Part shown: one piece after another, positions 1-9,544 of the stretch | Position numbering within the stretch: position 1 is the stretch's first letter | Layout of the letters: the number at the start of each line of letters is the position of its first letter | Source of the DNA: a virus | Length of the DNA: 42,509 nt | Virus record (IMG/VR): IMGVR_UViG_3300018080_000053 | Location: 1 to 42,509 of that record | Strand: one strand, 5' to 3' | Made by a program: the position numbers and the translations under genes | The notes under the pieces: generated by a model | Databases searched by the model: none | Told to the model about the DNA's origin: nothing | The model's input: only the letters and a program-made list of their open reading frames with translations

Positions 1-123
1 CCCGTGATCGGATCCACGTATGCAACGGGAGTATCCCCAAACATCCCGATCCCAGCGCTGAGGGTTTCGAAAATCGCTTGAGCAATGTCCGTATCTGATC
101 CCCCTAACACGATCGCCCAAATA
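1..123. repeat. Terminal direct repeat, copy 1 (identical to 42387..42509); signature of a circular or circularly permuted assembly
   Basis: Read base by base: cccgtgatcggatccacgtatgc...gatcgcccaaata occurs at both window ends. A coding frame is continuous across the junction. Confidence 0.95.
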
Positions 124-836
124 TGCTGAGGGGGAACACCGTCAGGGTCAGTGACGATCCCATTGTTGGCAATCACCCTCACTTGCTCAACTGCTGGGAT
201 ATTTGAGATCGCGGTGAAGATCGCTGCAGTGTTAGCGGTGCCGGTTTGCTCAGCCGCTTTTTGACGCCTTATTCTGAGCTCAGTGTCAGTCTCCTCAGCC
301 TGACCCTCAGTAGCGTCAACATTATTTGTAACTGACTCCCAACCGAAAATAGGGGTGTCAATTTGTGTTAGTGTCCCAACTACTGCGGAAATAGGACCCG
401 CATTGACCGCAGTAGCTGAGACGTTCTTTGTTGTTGAGGGAGCAATTACAATCTCAACATCGGTCTTGAATTGCTCCCCGATAGCAGGGTCGGAAACAAG
501 GGATCCCGCTGGGATCGTTGTCCCCGCTGCATTTGAGGTACATTCAAGAGTGACCGTTGAGAATTCTGATTCTTTGCGCTCAATCCCGTTGAGCAAAACG
601 AGATCGGACAGAAAAACCCCGGTTGACTTTTGGGGATCATATGCTGATACCGCTCCCTCAATACTCTCATTGATGTCAGCAACAATCTCAGTCACAATCC
701 GCGCAAACTGACCAAAAGCCGAATCAGGATCGGTCTTGATATTGTCCCCAAAAGCGCTTTTGAGATCTGCAATGAGAGCGTTGAGAATATCGTCATAACG
801 ATCGATCGTGTATCCTGTTTCATCAAATGAGCTCAT
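1..836 (-). CDS. Baseplate J-like protein (gpJ/gp47 family), N-terminal part; the gene wraps the contig junction and ends at 42068
   Basis: ATG at 836..834. My hand translation MSSFDETGYTIDRYDDILNALIADLKSAFGDNIKTDPDSAFGQF...EETDTELRIRRQKAAEQTG is open to the window edge. Position 836 (+42386) is in frame with the 42068..42496 ORF, giving a 384-aa protein. The E.TD.ELR.R motif and the position between gp25-like and gpI-like genes fit baseplate J. Confidence 0.85.
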   Translation of the reverse strand, partial: MSSFDETGYTIDRYDDILNALIADLKSAFGDNIKTDPDSAFGQFARIVTEIVADINESIEGAVSAYDPQKSTGVFLSDLVLLNGIERKESEFSTVTLECTSNAAGTTIPAGSLVSDPAIGEQFKTDVEIVIAPSTTKNVSATAVNAGPISAVVGTLTQIDTPIFGWESVTNNVDATEGQAEETDTELRIRRQKAAEQTGTANTAAIFTAISNIPAVEQVRVIANNGIVTDPDGVPPQHIWAIVLGGSDTDIAQAIFETLSAGIGMFGDTPVAYVDPIT

Positions 837-846
837 GAGATCTCTC

Positions 847-1203
847 CTATATCGTCAAATCAGTTGACACGGGTCCAAAAACACTATCAGCGGTAAAATC
901 GATTTGAGCAGCGTGCTCAACCGGGTCAACTGCAAAGTCAAGCCTCAACAATCGTCTGAGATTGGGAGTATTGACCAACGTTCTTTGTATTTCGGTTTTC
1001 TTTTGCAATGTTGAGCTATCCGTTGCCCACATAACCCCAAACCAGTCAACCCCCTTTGTATAGTCAAAGATCCACTCTCCCAAAATATGCAAGATCCGAA
1101 TTTTTGCACATTGGATCACCTCCTCACCCTCAGTGACAAGTTGAAGATCTCCCAACTCAACAACTAGATCCTGATTTTGGTCAAGTAGTAAATCAGTGCT
1201 CAT
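847..1203 (-). CDS. gp25/GpW-type (XkdS/DUF2634-like) baseplate wedge protein
   Basis: 118-aa ORF immediately upstream of baseplate J in transcription order. Its size and the pattern DL..ELGDL..V.G.E...Q...I.L....GEW recall the gp25/GpW family. Not searched. Confidence 0.6.
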   Translation of the reverse strand: MSTDLLLDQNQDLVVELGDLQLVTEGEEVIQCAKIRILHILGEWIFDYTKGVDWFGVMWATDSSTLQKKTEIQRTLVNTPNLRRLLRLDFAVDPVEHAAQIDFTADSVFGPVSTDLTI

Positions 1204-1204
1204 C

Positions 1205-1621
1205 TCATTGACCTTTTGCCTTTATCTGACCCGCAACGGAAATTTTGCACCTAAAAGAAACAGGGTACTCAGTTGGGGTTGGGGTTGTTGGTATCTTAGG
1301 AGTTGCGCTGATAACCTCACTTTGATCGTCTTGCCGCAATACCTCAACCCCCTCAGCCTTGTCTTTGACCGCGGTTGCTTCCAACTTGACCGTATACGGA
1401 CCGGGATCGGGAGTTGTTGCCCCCGCTGCAGGGACTGTGATCGCACTAACAGTGATCTGATCCCCATCCCTATGTACAAGTTTCGCCTCAGCCTTGACCT
1501 TGACCCCCGTTGGGGGAGCAACAACGATCGTTGCTACCACGTTAGGAAAAAGCGGGGGGATCGTTGTTGTCGGATCAGTGACAACCGTCATACCTTGCAC
1601 CGCTATGAGTTTAAGAGCCAT
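1205..1621 (-). CDS. Hypothetical baseplate-module protein (possibly spike-tip associated)
   Basis: 138-aa ORF packed between the spike and gp25-like genes (stop/start abutting). It is Pro/Thr/Val-rich and beta-like. The overlapping ORFs 1196..1660(+) and 1222..1524(-) have junk-like composition. Confidence 0.5.
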   Translation of the reverse strand: MALKLIAVQGMTVVTDPTTTIPPLFPNVVATIVVAPPTGVKVKAEAKLVHRDGDQITVSAITVPAAGATTPDPGPYTVKLEATAVKDKAEGVEVLRQDDQSEVISATPKIPTTPTPTEYPVSFRCKISVAGQIKAKGQ

Positions 1622-2235
1622 TATACATCAACCGTAAAGTTGCCGTTTATATCGGCTTGACCCGTTGCAGTGTTGAGCTTGATTGACCCCGGACCGGTTG
1701 ATACCTCAATTTCTGAGGGACCGGATTTGATCGATCCCGTTGGAGTTGTGATCTCAATATCAGTGTCCTTGAGTCTCACAACGGTTGTGTTGGCAAGGTT
1801 TCTCAACGTCAACGCTGCAGCGTCAACGGGAGGCTTGAGAGCGGTTGGCGTCGGAAGGATCCCCGGGATCGCTATTGCGTCAGATAAATGATTTTTTCGA
1901 GTCGATTGAGGATCCGCGATCCCTCCCAGGTTTGCCCAATTGGCGATCGAGCGCTCAGCAAAAATCAATAATACGTTGTGACCTGGGAGAATATCGAAAG
2001 TCACAAAGAAATTGCCCCCGCCCGGATAGACGATCGGAACGTCCTCAATGACTGGCAAAAGCTGAGGGACCGGGTTTCCTTGAAACAAAACTTTTAAAGA
2101 GGGTTGGACTGAAACAGTTTGCAACGCGGAATCAAAAGAAATGACTTGACCGGGCATAGCAAAATGTTTCTTTGAGAAAAGTGACTCAAAGATTTTCGCT
2201 AATCCAACATCAAGATTTTCTTTTGAATCACTCAT
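1621..2235 (-). CDS. Central baseplate spike protein (Mu gp45 / phi92 gp138 N-terminal-like)
   Basis: 204 aa. The N-terminus has MPGQVISFDSALQTVSVQP...VPIVYPGGGNF...GHNVLLIFAERSIANW, the OB-fold spike pattern (PG.V...D....V.VQP). It lies between the hub-like and wedge genes. Confidence 0.6.
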   Translation of the reverse strand: MSDSKENLDVGLAKIFESLFSKKHFAMPGQVISFDSALQTVSVQPSLKVLFQGNPVPQLLPVIEDVPIVYPGGGNFFVTFDILPGHNVLLIFAERSIANWANLGGIADPQSTRKNHLSDAIAIPGILPTPTALKPPVDAAALTLRNLANTTVVRLKDTDIEITTPTGSIKSGPSEIEVSTGPGSIKLNTATGQADINGNFTVDV

Positions 2236-3191
2236 ATTGCGAAAACATCTCCCTCAATAGCGGTTTCATATGTTTGCCCAAAATTCGATCCCGAATGTCT
2301 AACTTTGTCAGCAATATAAGGAGTTGATGCGGTTGGCAATTTGATCTCTCCTTTGCGCTTGAGCGTTTCTATTCCTAAAGAGCTCAAAGGCAAAGGAGAG
2401 ATCACTTGAAACAATCTCGACGGTTTGAGGTCACCGTTGAGCAGCGCTTTACATTGCACTCCCAACCGGATCGGTTTATTAAGAACCTTTGTTTTATCGA
2501 CCTTTTTAGGTTGAGCAGCGTCAGACCGCTCAATTAAAATGGGTTGCTCAAGCAATCCAGTATCTGAGCTCAGGATTGTTGCAACAAGATCTTTTTTTGG
2601 CGGTTGATTGAAACTGACAACCTCTAAAACCTGATTTTGAAATGACCACGACAAATAAAAATCGTCAGCAACTTGATTTAGAATATCCTTGACCTTGCCT
2701 GAGTATGATTCCCCGCGGGTCATGATCGCAGCGGGATCAACAAAGTCACTAGTAAAAGGCAACTTGAAAGCAAGAGCAAGATCAGTCAAAAGCTGAGTGA
2801 TCGGGGTCCCTTTTTTGTATGACTTTGAAAAATAGGATTCAAGAAATTCCTTGTTGCCGTCCCCAGCAATGATCTCAGTTATCCAATCCGCTTTAACTTT
2901 CCTATGACTCACGTTGATCGTTGTCCCCTTGAAAAGCAATGGGACTGAGAGCGGGGGCAAAATCGGGAGGTCAAAGGGATTATATCCCGCGTAAAACTCA
3001 AGAGCTTGATGATCCTGACTCCACAAAGACCGGGTCAACTCACTCAAGTTGTATATTGTGATCTTTGCAATATTGGGCGTTGAGTCCCTATTGAGCTCAA
3101 TGTCAAATTCAATGTGAAGATTGCGGATCGTGTAGCGCAATACTCCAACATACATAACAAGCTCAACGTATCTGTTAAATTGTATAGTCAC
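2232..3191 (-). CDS. Baseplate hub-like tail protein (assignment by position)
   Basis: 319-aa ORF with ATGA-type coupling to its neighbours. It occupies the gpD/gp27/XkdQ slot between the tape-measure-distal genes and the spike. No diagnostic motif recognised. Confidence 0.45.
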   Translation of the reverse strand: MTIQFNRYVELVMYVGVLRYTIRNLHIEFDIELNRDSTPNIAKITIYNLSELTRSLWSQDHQALEFYAGYNPFDLPILPPLSVPLLFKGTTINVSHRKVKADWITEIIAGDGNKEFLESYFSKSYKKGTPITQLLTDLALAFKLPFTSDFVDPAAIMTRGESYSGKVKDILNQVADDFYLSWSFQNQVLEVVSFNQPPKKDLVATILSSDTGLLEQPILIERSDAAQPKKVDKTKVLNKPIRLGVQCKALLNGDLKPSRLFQVISPLPLSSLGIETLKRKGEIKLPTASTPYIADKVRHSGSNFGQTYETAIEGDVFAI

Positions 3192-3504
3192 TCATTTCCT
3201 CTTTGGTCACGTATATCAAAATATAGCGATCACCAATGAGATCGAAATCAGGATCTTGAGCCTTTTCCTCAGCGTCAAGAATGTACAAGCCCCCCAACTC
3301 AAGGACCGCATGAGGCTTGAGCAAATTGACTCCTCCAACTAATTTGAGACCCTTGAGATCAAGATCGAAAGTAACCCCGAAAATATCCATATACCAACAC
3401 TGATCAACCAAATTCCAACGGATAGAAAGCTCAACGGTCTGATCCTCAATATCGATCTGGAATGAGTAATCAGGATTCGGGGTCAGTGGTATAGTGAAAG
3501 GCAT
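3175..3504 (-). CDS. Hypothetical tail/baseplate protein
   Basis: 109-aa ORF in the same orientation, tightly packed, with protein-like composition. The overlapping 3483..3713 ORF is Lys/Arg junk. Confidence 0.55.
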   Translation of the reverse strand: MPFTIPLTPNPDYSFQIDIEDQTVELSIRWNLVDQCWYMDIFGVTFDLDLKGLKLVGGVNLLKPHAVLELGGLYILDAEEKAQDPDFDLIGDRYILIYVTKEEMSDYTI

Positions 3505-3510
3505 TTCTTT

Positions 3511-4167
3511 TTACCCAAACAAATCATTGAGGGTTGAGGAATTTTTCTCAGAGGTTTCAGTTTTTGCCTGAGGTCCCTTTTTGCTTTTAGGAGCGGTCTT
3601 TTTTGCAGCCTCAGTATTTTCAGGTTTCTCTTGCTCTTTGATCTTTTTCGGTATCTGAGAGGGATCAACAACGTTGATCTCACTTGCAACGGTTCGAATT
3701 TCTCGCAATTCAATCGTAAAGAAAAGCGCTTTTGCCGTGTCCTTTGTCTGATTCGGTCTAACGCTGGTAATCATCATTGATGAATAAACGTTGAGAGGAG
3801 TGAAAACGTCAACAATATCATTTTTGTCAGCGAGATCGAGCAAAGCTGAGTATTTGTCTTGCCAACTAAGCGGGGGGAAACCTCCCGCTAAAATACCTGA
3901 GGCAACCGCTCCCGCTATTGCCTGAGGACTGAGAGCAATGTCAGTGAGGATACACTCAAGGATCAGGCTTGCAGGTCTCTCAACGCGATTGTCAGTTACA
4001 TCAAGCCCAGCCTCAACCGGGTGCTCAGTAATGTCATAATCATAAACTGGGGTCTCAGAAACAAGGACATCAACGATAATATCCCCGATAATGACCGGAA
4101 CAAATCCAAAGAAACGGGCAAGAGCAACCGGATCCTTGATCAAATTGATTGCGTTTGCAAAACCCAT
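3511..4167 (-). CDS. Hypothetical tail protein immediately distal to the tape measure
   Basis: 218-aa ORF whose ATG abuts the tape-measure stop (4168). It has a Lys-rich C-terminal tail (KKIKEQEKPENTEAAKKTAPKSKKGPQAK). Confidence 0.55.
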   Translation of the reverse strand: MGFANAINLIKDPVALARFFGFVPVIIGDIIVDVLVSETPVYDYDITEHPVEAGLDVTDNRVERPASLILECILTDIALSPQAIAGAVASGILAGGFPPLSWQDKYSALLDLADKNDIVDVFTPLNVYSSMMITSVRPNQTKDTAKALFFTIELREIRTVASEINVVDPSQIPKKIKEQEKPENTEAAKKTAPKSKKGPQAKTETSEKNSSTLNDLFG

Positions 4168-6111
4168 TTAATATATCACTCCTGATTCATTGTTTCTCAC
4201 CGCGTTTGCAACTGATTTGCCCATTTCATCAGCGATCCGCTTTGCAAGATCCTGGGAGCTCTCACCGGGCAATTGAGTAATATTAAATTGGTTTCGAATA
4301 TCCGCCCGGGCCTGATTTGTTGCATTTGCCGTGTTGTTATTAAATACGCTGGGGGACGGTCCCGCCATAGCAGGATTTAACATTAATCCAGCGTCAAAGG
4401 GAGATGACCCCAACCCCCCGGGGGTTTGGCCTCCCGCGGGAGTATCATCAGAAAAAAGACCCCCAATGAGCGGGAGATCCTTGAGGACTCCTTTGATTGA
4501 CGGCAAAGCGGATCGGAATATATCAGCAAGTTTTCCGGGCAATGTCCCTAGAAAATCGAAAACCCCAACAACAAAATTTTTGATTGCCTCAACCGCAACA
4601 ATGATTGTATCAGACAATCCAGGGATATAATCATCGAGCATCAAGAAAAATTTTGCTGCTAGCTCAGCGAGAAACTCAAAAAGAGCGATCACGGGAGCAT
4701 ATACAAAAGAAACGGTTTCAATAATTCCTTGTATGATCCCCGCAATGAATGTCTTGAGATTTTCCCAAATGAGTTGCACTTTTTCAGAAAAACTCAATGT
4801 GTCATCAGTGATCACATTGTAAAAAATCTGAAATGTCTCTTTTAGGAAATTGAGAGCAGCGGGAATCCTCTCAGTAAAGAAAGAAACGAAATTCTCAAAC
4901 GCTTTGAGCATTGCAAGGTCAAACTCTTCTTTTGAGAGACCAAAGAGAGCAGCGATCAAACCGGTTATGTTTTCATGTATGAATTTTGAGATCGTGTCTC
5001 CCCATTTTCCTAAAAGGGAATCGCCTCCCTGAAAAAACACGATCAGATCCTCAACCGCAAGAGCAAGGACAACAAGTAACCCGGTCAGAATTCCCGCGGG
5101 AGTAACAAGGCCTAAAAGAGCCTTTTTCATCCCTGCAAAAGTTGCGAGTTTTTGCATCTTAATGATCAGCGAAAGGGCCTTGATGAATTTCGCAAATTTC
5201 ACCGCGCCGATCGCAATCGCAAGCAATTTGAAAGTATTTTTCAGACCTCCCAACCGATCAACAATGGGGGCAAGAATATCAAAGACATTTCTCAAAACTG
5301 ACAAAAGGAATTTGAGCACCGAAACAAAAGTGTCAACCCATTGCTTGACCCTAACTTGTATGAGTTCTTTATTTTGGATCACAAAATCAATGAATTCATC
5401 AACAAGAGGGGCGATCGCCTCTCCAACCAAACCGGAAAAGAGTTGAGTCAACGATTTGACGATCGTCATTAGCTGACCCCAAATCATATTGAATCTCTCA
5501 GCCCCCTCCCGAGCTTCCTCATTCAACAAATTGATCTCTTTGTATCGTTTCAGAATCTCATCAAGTGTTGTCCCTTGATCCCTGAGGAAACCTACAATCT
5601 TGTTTGCTTCCCCACTGAGCAACATGTCAACCGCTGCAACTGCCTTTTGCTGATCCTCCAACTTGAGAGCAGCGTCAATAATTTCCTGAAATTGCTTTTC
5701 AGGCTCAAGTTTTTGCAGGTCTTTAAATTCGAGATTGAGGATCTTGAGAGACTCCTCAACCGCGGTCATTTCCCCCAATCCCGCCATTTCACCAAATTTG
5801 TTATTCATCTCCTCAACGAGATCAACAACATTTTCAGCGTTGAGGCCTATGTTACTAACAACGCCTCCCAAAGCATCAAGAGCCTCAGCCGAAAGGCCAA
5901 CCGACTTGGCGAGATTTCCTAGCTCAGCGGTTTCTTTGTTTGTTTGGACAACAAGAGCGCTGATCGCTGCAGTCCCAGCAGCAATGAGACCGGTGACCCA
6001 TTTGAGGGTATTTCCCAGGTCATCAACCGTTTTGTTGAATTCCTCAACATCGGTTGAGTCAACCTCCCAACCCAGTAAAGCAACAAATTCCTCAATGACA
6101 GTCCGGGCCAT
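4168..6111 (-). CDS. Tail tape measure protein
   Basis: 647 aa, the longest structural ORF. It has a helical, low-complexity N-terminus, a long hydrophobic middle (LLAIAIGAVKFAKF..., GLLVVLALAV) and a Gly-rich C-terminus. It lies directly after the chaperone gene pair. GGAAGGA sits 9 nt upstream of the ATG. Confidence 0.85.
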   Translation of the reverse strand: MARTVIEEFVALLGWEVDSTDVEEFNKTVDDLGNTLKWVTGLIAAGTAAISALVVQTNKETAELGNLAKSVGLSAEALDALGGVVSNIGLNAENVVDLVEEMNNKFGEMAGLGEMTAVEESLKILNLEFKDLQKLEPEKQFQEIIDAALKLEDQQKAVAAVDMLLSGEANKIVGFLRDQGTTLDEILKRYKEINLLNEEAREGAERFNMIWGQLMTIVKSLTQLFSGLVGEAIAPLVDEFIDFVIQNKELIQVRVKQWVDTFVSVLKFLLSVLRNVFDILAPIVDRLGGLKNTFKLLAIAIGAVKFAKFIKALSLIIKMQKLATFAGMKKALLGLVTPAGILTGLLVVLALAVEDLIVFFQGGDSLLGKWGDTISKFIHENITGLIAALFGLSKEEFDLAMLKAFENFVSFFTERIPAALNFLKETFQIFYNVITDDTLSFSEKVQLIWENLKTFIAGIIQGIIETVSFVYAPVIALFEFLAELAAKFFLMLDDYIPGLSDTIIVAVEAIKNFVVGVFDFLGTLPGKLADIFRSALPSIKGVLKDLPLIGGLFSDDTPAGGQTPGGLGSSPFDAGLMLNPAMAGPSPSVFNNNTANATNQARADIRNQFNITQLPGESSQDLAKRIADEMGKSVANAVRNNESGVIY

Positions 6112-6368
6112 TATTGATCATCCTTCCAACGTCTATCAATCTCATTTTGCAAGAACATGAATTCTTGACGATCCAAAAAATCAATATTAGTCCAGTTGTC
6201 AACCTCCTCAGGGCTCACCTCATACCATTTTGCAACCTGCAGAGTCTCAACAATCTGAGCTCCTAAAGAGTGCTCAATGTCAGCTATGCTGACTCGGTCT
6301 GATCGTCCGGGATCAGATCGCCCCCTATAGCGGCAAGCCGATCCCGGACTTTCGAAAAAACCTTTGGG
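6111..6368 (-). CDS. Putative -1 frame extension of the tail assembly chaperone (GT-like fusion, from slippery CCCAAAG)
   Basis: The -1 frame is open from about 6410 to a TAA at 6113..6111 that overlaps the tape-measure ATG. It has no ATG/GTG/TTG start of its own for its first 69 codons. It encodes the protein-like sequence ...IADIEHSLGAQIVETLQVAKWYEVSPEEVDNWTNIDFLDRQEFMFLQNEIDRRWKDDQ. The heptamer C CCA AAG at 6368..6362 is in the zero-frame register X XXY YYZ. Confidence 0.5.
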   Translation of the reverse strand, partial: PKGFFESPGSACRYRGRSDPGRSDRVSIADIEHSLGAQIVETLQVAKWYEVSPEEVDNWTNIDFLDRQEFMFLQNEIDRRWKDDQ

Positions 6369-6745
6369 AAATTTTCCTTTATCCCGTGAAAAATGACCAA
6401 ATAGATCTCATCAGGATTCTCCGCGAAATAGTCACTTTTCTCAAGGTCGTCAATGACAATCGTCTCGGTCTCAGTTTTTACACTGGCATATTTGAGCAGC
6501 ATTGAGGCAAGACCCCAAATCGTTTCAAATTCGATCTCTCCCAGCGCTTTGAGAATTCTTGATTGACTCTCAGCCTTGTCAGAGGCTCCCGCGGTTGCCT
6601 CTGAGAAACCCTTGAGAAGTGTTTGCAAAAAGGTATGAGCAACGTATGCTGCATCTTTTCGCTTGAGCGGTTGGAGGTTATACTCTCTTATCTCACCGCT
6701 CAAATTGGTCAAAGAGAAATTGATGTTATGCGGGTCCTTTTTCAT
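6284..6745 (-). CDS. Tail assembly chaperone (G-like, zero-frame product)
   Basis: 153-aa acidic ORF between the tail tube and the tape measure, which is the canonical position. Confidence 0.7.
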   Translation of the reverse strand: MKKDPHNINFSLTNLSGEIREYNLQPLKRKDAAYVAHTFLQTLLKGFSEATAGASDKAESQSRILKALGEIEFETIWGLASMLLKYASVKTETETIVIDDLEKSDYFAENPDEIYLVIFHGIKENFPKVFSKVRDRLAAIGGDLIPDDQTESA

Positions 6746-6756
6746 TTGAAATCCTC

Positions 6757-7173
6757 CTAGATCTCAGCTCCCGAATGGACGATCTCACCGCGGGTGAAAT
6801 TGAATATCCATTCAAGCGCAACCTCAACGTTGCTCTTTTCCATGTTGGGGATCTTTCTCAAAGCGCAACTCTCAGCAAAGAAAAGATCCGCGTTGCTTGA
6901 GTTGTCAGTCACCGTGATCGGGTAGGGCTCATCAAGAGCGTCAAGCGCCAACAATGCCGCGTTTGAGGGACTGTATGAGGAAAGCCGGATCGTAATACTC
7001 CCGCTCTCATCAGCACTCTTGATGTGTCTCCCGTTGCCGTCAGTCCCGACATGAACGGATCTTTTGTCGGTTGTGTATTCCGCGGTTATCATTGTCCCAT
7101 CGGCAAACGCTCTCATCGGAGTTGCCCCAACGGTGACTGAAACCTTTTTTGGATCGTATTGCTTATAGGCCAT
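6757..7173 (-). CDS. Tail tube protein (DUF3277-like)
   Basis: 138 aa, directly after the sheath gene. The N-terminus MAYKQYDPKKVSVTVGATPMRAFADGTMI matches the remembered DUF3277-type tube pattern. Confidence 0.7.
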   Translation of the reverse strand: MAYKQYDPKKVSVTVGATPMRAFADGTMITAEYTTDKRSVHVGTDGNGRHIKSADESGSITIRLSSYSPSNAALLALDALDEPYPITVTDNSSNADLFFAESCALRKIPNMEKSNVEVALEWIFNFTRGEIVHSGAEI

Positions 7174-7188
7174 TTTCGGATCCTCCTC

Positions 7189-8655
7189 TTAGATATTCCA
7201 TACACCAATCAAGGTGTAATCGTTGACAGCGGAATTGAGCGGTAACACGAAAAACGGATCATTCGAGCTCCCCAACTCCATACGATGGGAGGCCCGTTGA
7301 GCAGTCGTGAAATCATCAGCGTCAGGAGCGTTGATCTGAAAAGGTCTCTCAGGAGTGTTGACACCGATCCCACGATCGATCGCCTCATTGCCGTATGTTT
7401 TCACAACCCCAACAACGAAAGAAACAGTATCATTCGTGAAACCTCTGAGCGGTTGATTGAGGAGATCGGTGAAAAGAGCCTCAGCAATGCGAGCCTCAAA
7501 CCAATCCCGACCCAACATGATCCGCTTTTCGATGTCCCCGGACGTGATCCCGTCATAAAGGAAAATGTTGGATCCCAGCGCTTCAAGATAATTGTAATTC
7601 TTATCTCTCAAAACCGCTTTCTCAGTTACCGTCAAAGGCTTTGTTGCTCCACTCTCAGAAACAAGGGAGAGGACCTCATAGGCCCAATTGGTCGTACCCT
7701 CAGTTGCAGGGAGCACAGCCCCCGCGGTTGCCGCGTCAGGCCACTGATCATCATGCTCAATGTAAATGACCATTGTCTTTTTGAGGCCCAGCGCTTTGCA
7801 CCTGGAACCGACATCAGTAGTTGTCCCGCTTGCTTTTGCTCCCGCTGAGGTCACAACAAGGTCAATCAGTTTGGTCTTTGCCTCAACATAGGAGGCAGTT
7901 TCAACCATTTGATCGTCTGACGCTGCTCTATCAAGAGCAATGTTGTAATAGGAATCCCCAACCGCTGAAATTTCTGAGATTGCGCTCAAAGCGTCAGAGG
8001 GTTCCTCAGCGTCAAGACCTGCAACCGCGGTCCCGTTGCTATTGTCAAAGAAACCCGCGGCAAGATCGGTCCCAACCGGGGGATCGGTCGGAATGATCGT
8101 CAAGAGCTTTGCAGCCGATCCGGTTTGACTGTGTTTGAGGACTAGCCTATTGAGCAAGTCAAACTCAAAAACAGCGGTATCAAGCCCGGTGATATTCGGA
8201 GTCAACGCGGCAAGTTTCGCATTGAGAACGGTAAGAATTCCCGCAAGATCCGTGATCCCCGAAAAGTCACAACCGGAAATGTCATCCTCAAGAGGAGTGG
8301 GCGTTGAGTTGTCTTGCACGGTAAATGATCCGTCAGTGACCGCTTTCCAAACTGCAAAATCACTCTCATAGTCCGGTCCCGCGATCCAATAGACATTGGA
8401 TGCAACGCGGATCCAACGTCCGATCATGAGCTCAGCTGCGGTCCTCTTCTGAGCAAAAAAGACATTTGCGAATTTATACGGATCCGAATCCGAATCAAAA
8501 TCATCAAAACTATCTTTTGTTGTCAGCAAAAACCTCTGATCGACCGGGACCTGATCATCATCGCTGAGGAAAATCTCAAGTCCGAAAGTTGTCTGAGGTA
8601 CAACCGACGTTTGCAGGATTGCTTGAACGTCAACATGACCTAGAATGTTTGCCAT
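7189..8655 (-). CDS. Contractile tail sheath protein (DUF3383-like)
   Basis: 488 aa, immediately upstream of the tube gene in the sheath-tube-chaperone-tape measure order. The antisense ORFs inside it have junk composition. Confidence 0.7.
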   Translation of the reverse strand: MANILGHVDVQAILQTSVVPQTTFGLEIFLSDDDQVPVDQRFLLTTKDSFDDFDSDSDPYKFANVFFAQKRTAAELMIGRWIRVASNVYWIAGPDYESDFAVWKAVTDGSFTVQDNSTPTPLEDDISGCDFSGITDLAGILTVLNAKLAALTPNITGLDTAVFEFDLLNRLVLKHSQTGSAAKLLTIIPTDPPVGTDLAAGFFDNSNGTAVAGLDAEEPSDALSAISEISAVGDSYYNIALDRAASDDQMVETASYVEAKTKLIDLVVTSAGAKASGTTTDVGSRCKALGLKKTMVIYIEHDDQWPDAATAGAVLPATEGTTNWAYEVLSLVSESGATKPLTVTEKAVLRDKNYNYLEALGSNIFLYDGITSGDIEKRIMLGRDWFEARIAEALFTDLLNQPLRGFTNDTVSFVVGVVKTYGNEAIDRGIGVNTPERPFQINAPDADDFTTAQRASHRMELGSSNDPFFVLPLNSAVNDYTLIGVWNI

Positions 8656-8673
8656 TGTAAAACCTCTCCTCTT

Positions 8674-9192
8674 TTACGGGACATCAATGATGATTTCATG
8701 ATCCCCGGGTTGGTATTTTCCGGTGATTTGATAACCCGCGTTGATTGTCTGATTTACCTCAGATATTTCATTCCACAAATAGAAAGTATGATCGCAAGAC
8801 CAACGCTCCTTATATTTGGTATCGACAAGAGCGGTGAGATTGCGGATCACACTAGAACGGATCAAGGAAACTTTCTCCGGTTGGAGTATCTGACGGACCT
8901 TGAGCAATTCTGACGAATGACTCAATTTTCGTTGCAAATCCCTCCCCTTGCGGGTCGAATAAATATCGACTTGCACCGTCAATTCACCTCGATTGTAATA
9001 GGTAATTGTATAGTCATTGGGAGGCCCAACCGGGGTTGACTCAGCGATCGAATGAGTTGATCCCTCCTCAGACAAAATAAGATACTCAGCATGAGCCCCA
9101 ACCGGGATCGGTCCCTCTTGCTGAGCTCTTATGACATGTTGATCATCATATCCCAGAACAGCGATCAACCATTGTCTGATAAGCTCATTCAT
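8674..9192 (-). CDS. Hypothetical protein, neck / tail-terminator position
   Basis: 172-aa ORF between the connector genes and the sheath. It is co-oriented and overlaps the upstream gene by 8 nt. Confidence 0.5.
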   Translation of the reverse strand: MNELIRQWLIAVLGYDDQHVIRAQQEGPIPVGAHAEYLILSEEGSTHSIAESTPVGPPNDYTITYYNRGELTVQVDIYSTRKGRDLQRKLSHSSELLKVRQILQPEKVSLIRSSVIRNLTALVDTKYKERWSCDHTFYLWNEISEVNQTINAGYQITGKYQPGDHEIIIDVP

Positions 9193-9544
9193 CAGCTGTC
9201 CTTTGCCTCAATATGACATGTTTGAATTTGCCTGAAAACGTCCGATCTCCCAATTGGAAACAAAGAAAAAACTCACCGTTATATTCAATTGCGTCAGTAT
9301 TGCGGTTGAGCTCCCTTACCTCAACGTCTGCAGTTGTCCACGTTTGAACAAAATTTTGGACCCGCTCTCCCTCAGGCAATTGCAACAATTGTTTTTGATT
9401 GAGCGGTTGAGGGAAAATGATCGATATTGGGATCGGAGCATCATAATCGGGGATCCACTCCCCGTTGACATATGATCCCGCATCCCCTTTATAAAGGTTT
9501 GCCGTGACCATTTCATCCCCGAAATATGACAGTAAATCGATCAT
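9185..9544 (-). CDS. Hypothetical head-tail joining module protein
   Basis: 119-aa ORF with an ATGA overlap to the upstream gene. Assigned by position only. Confidence 0.5.
   Translation of the reverse strand: MIDLLSYFGDEMVTANLYKGDAGSYVNGEWIPDYDAPIPISIIFPQPLNQKQLLQLPEGERVQNFVQTWTTADVEVRELNRNTDAIEYNGEFFLCFQLGDRTFSGKFKHVILRQRTADE

Noticed and set aside
5408-5417. Cyanobacterial HIP1 (GCGATCGC) as a host signature
   Set aside because: Only one full octamer was found by eye. The enrichment I see is of GATC/CGATCG, which is not specific enough to name a host.
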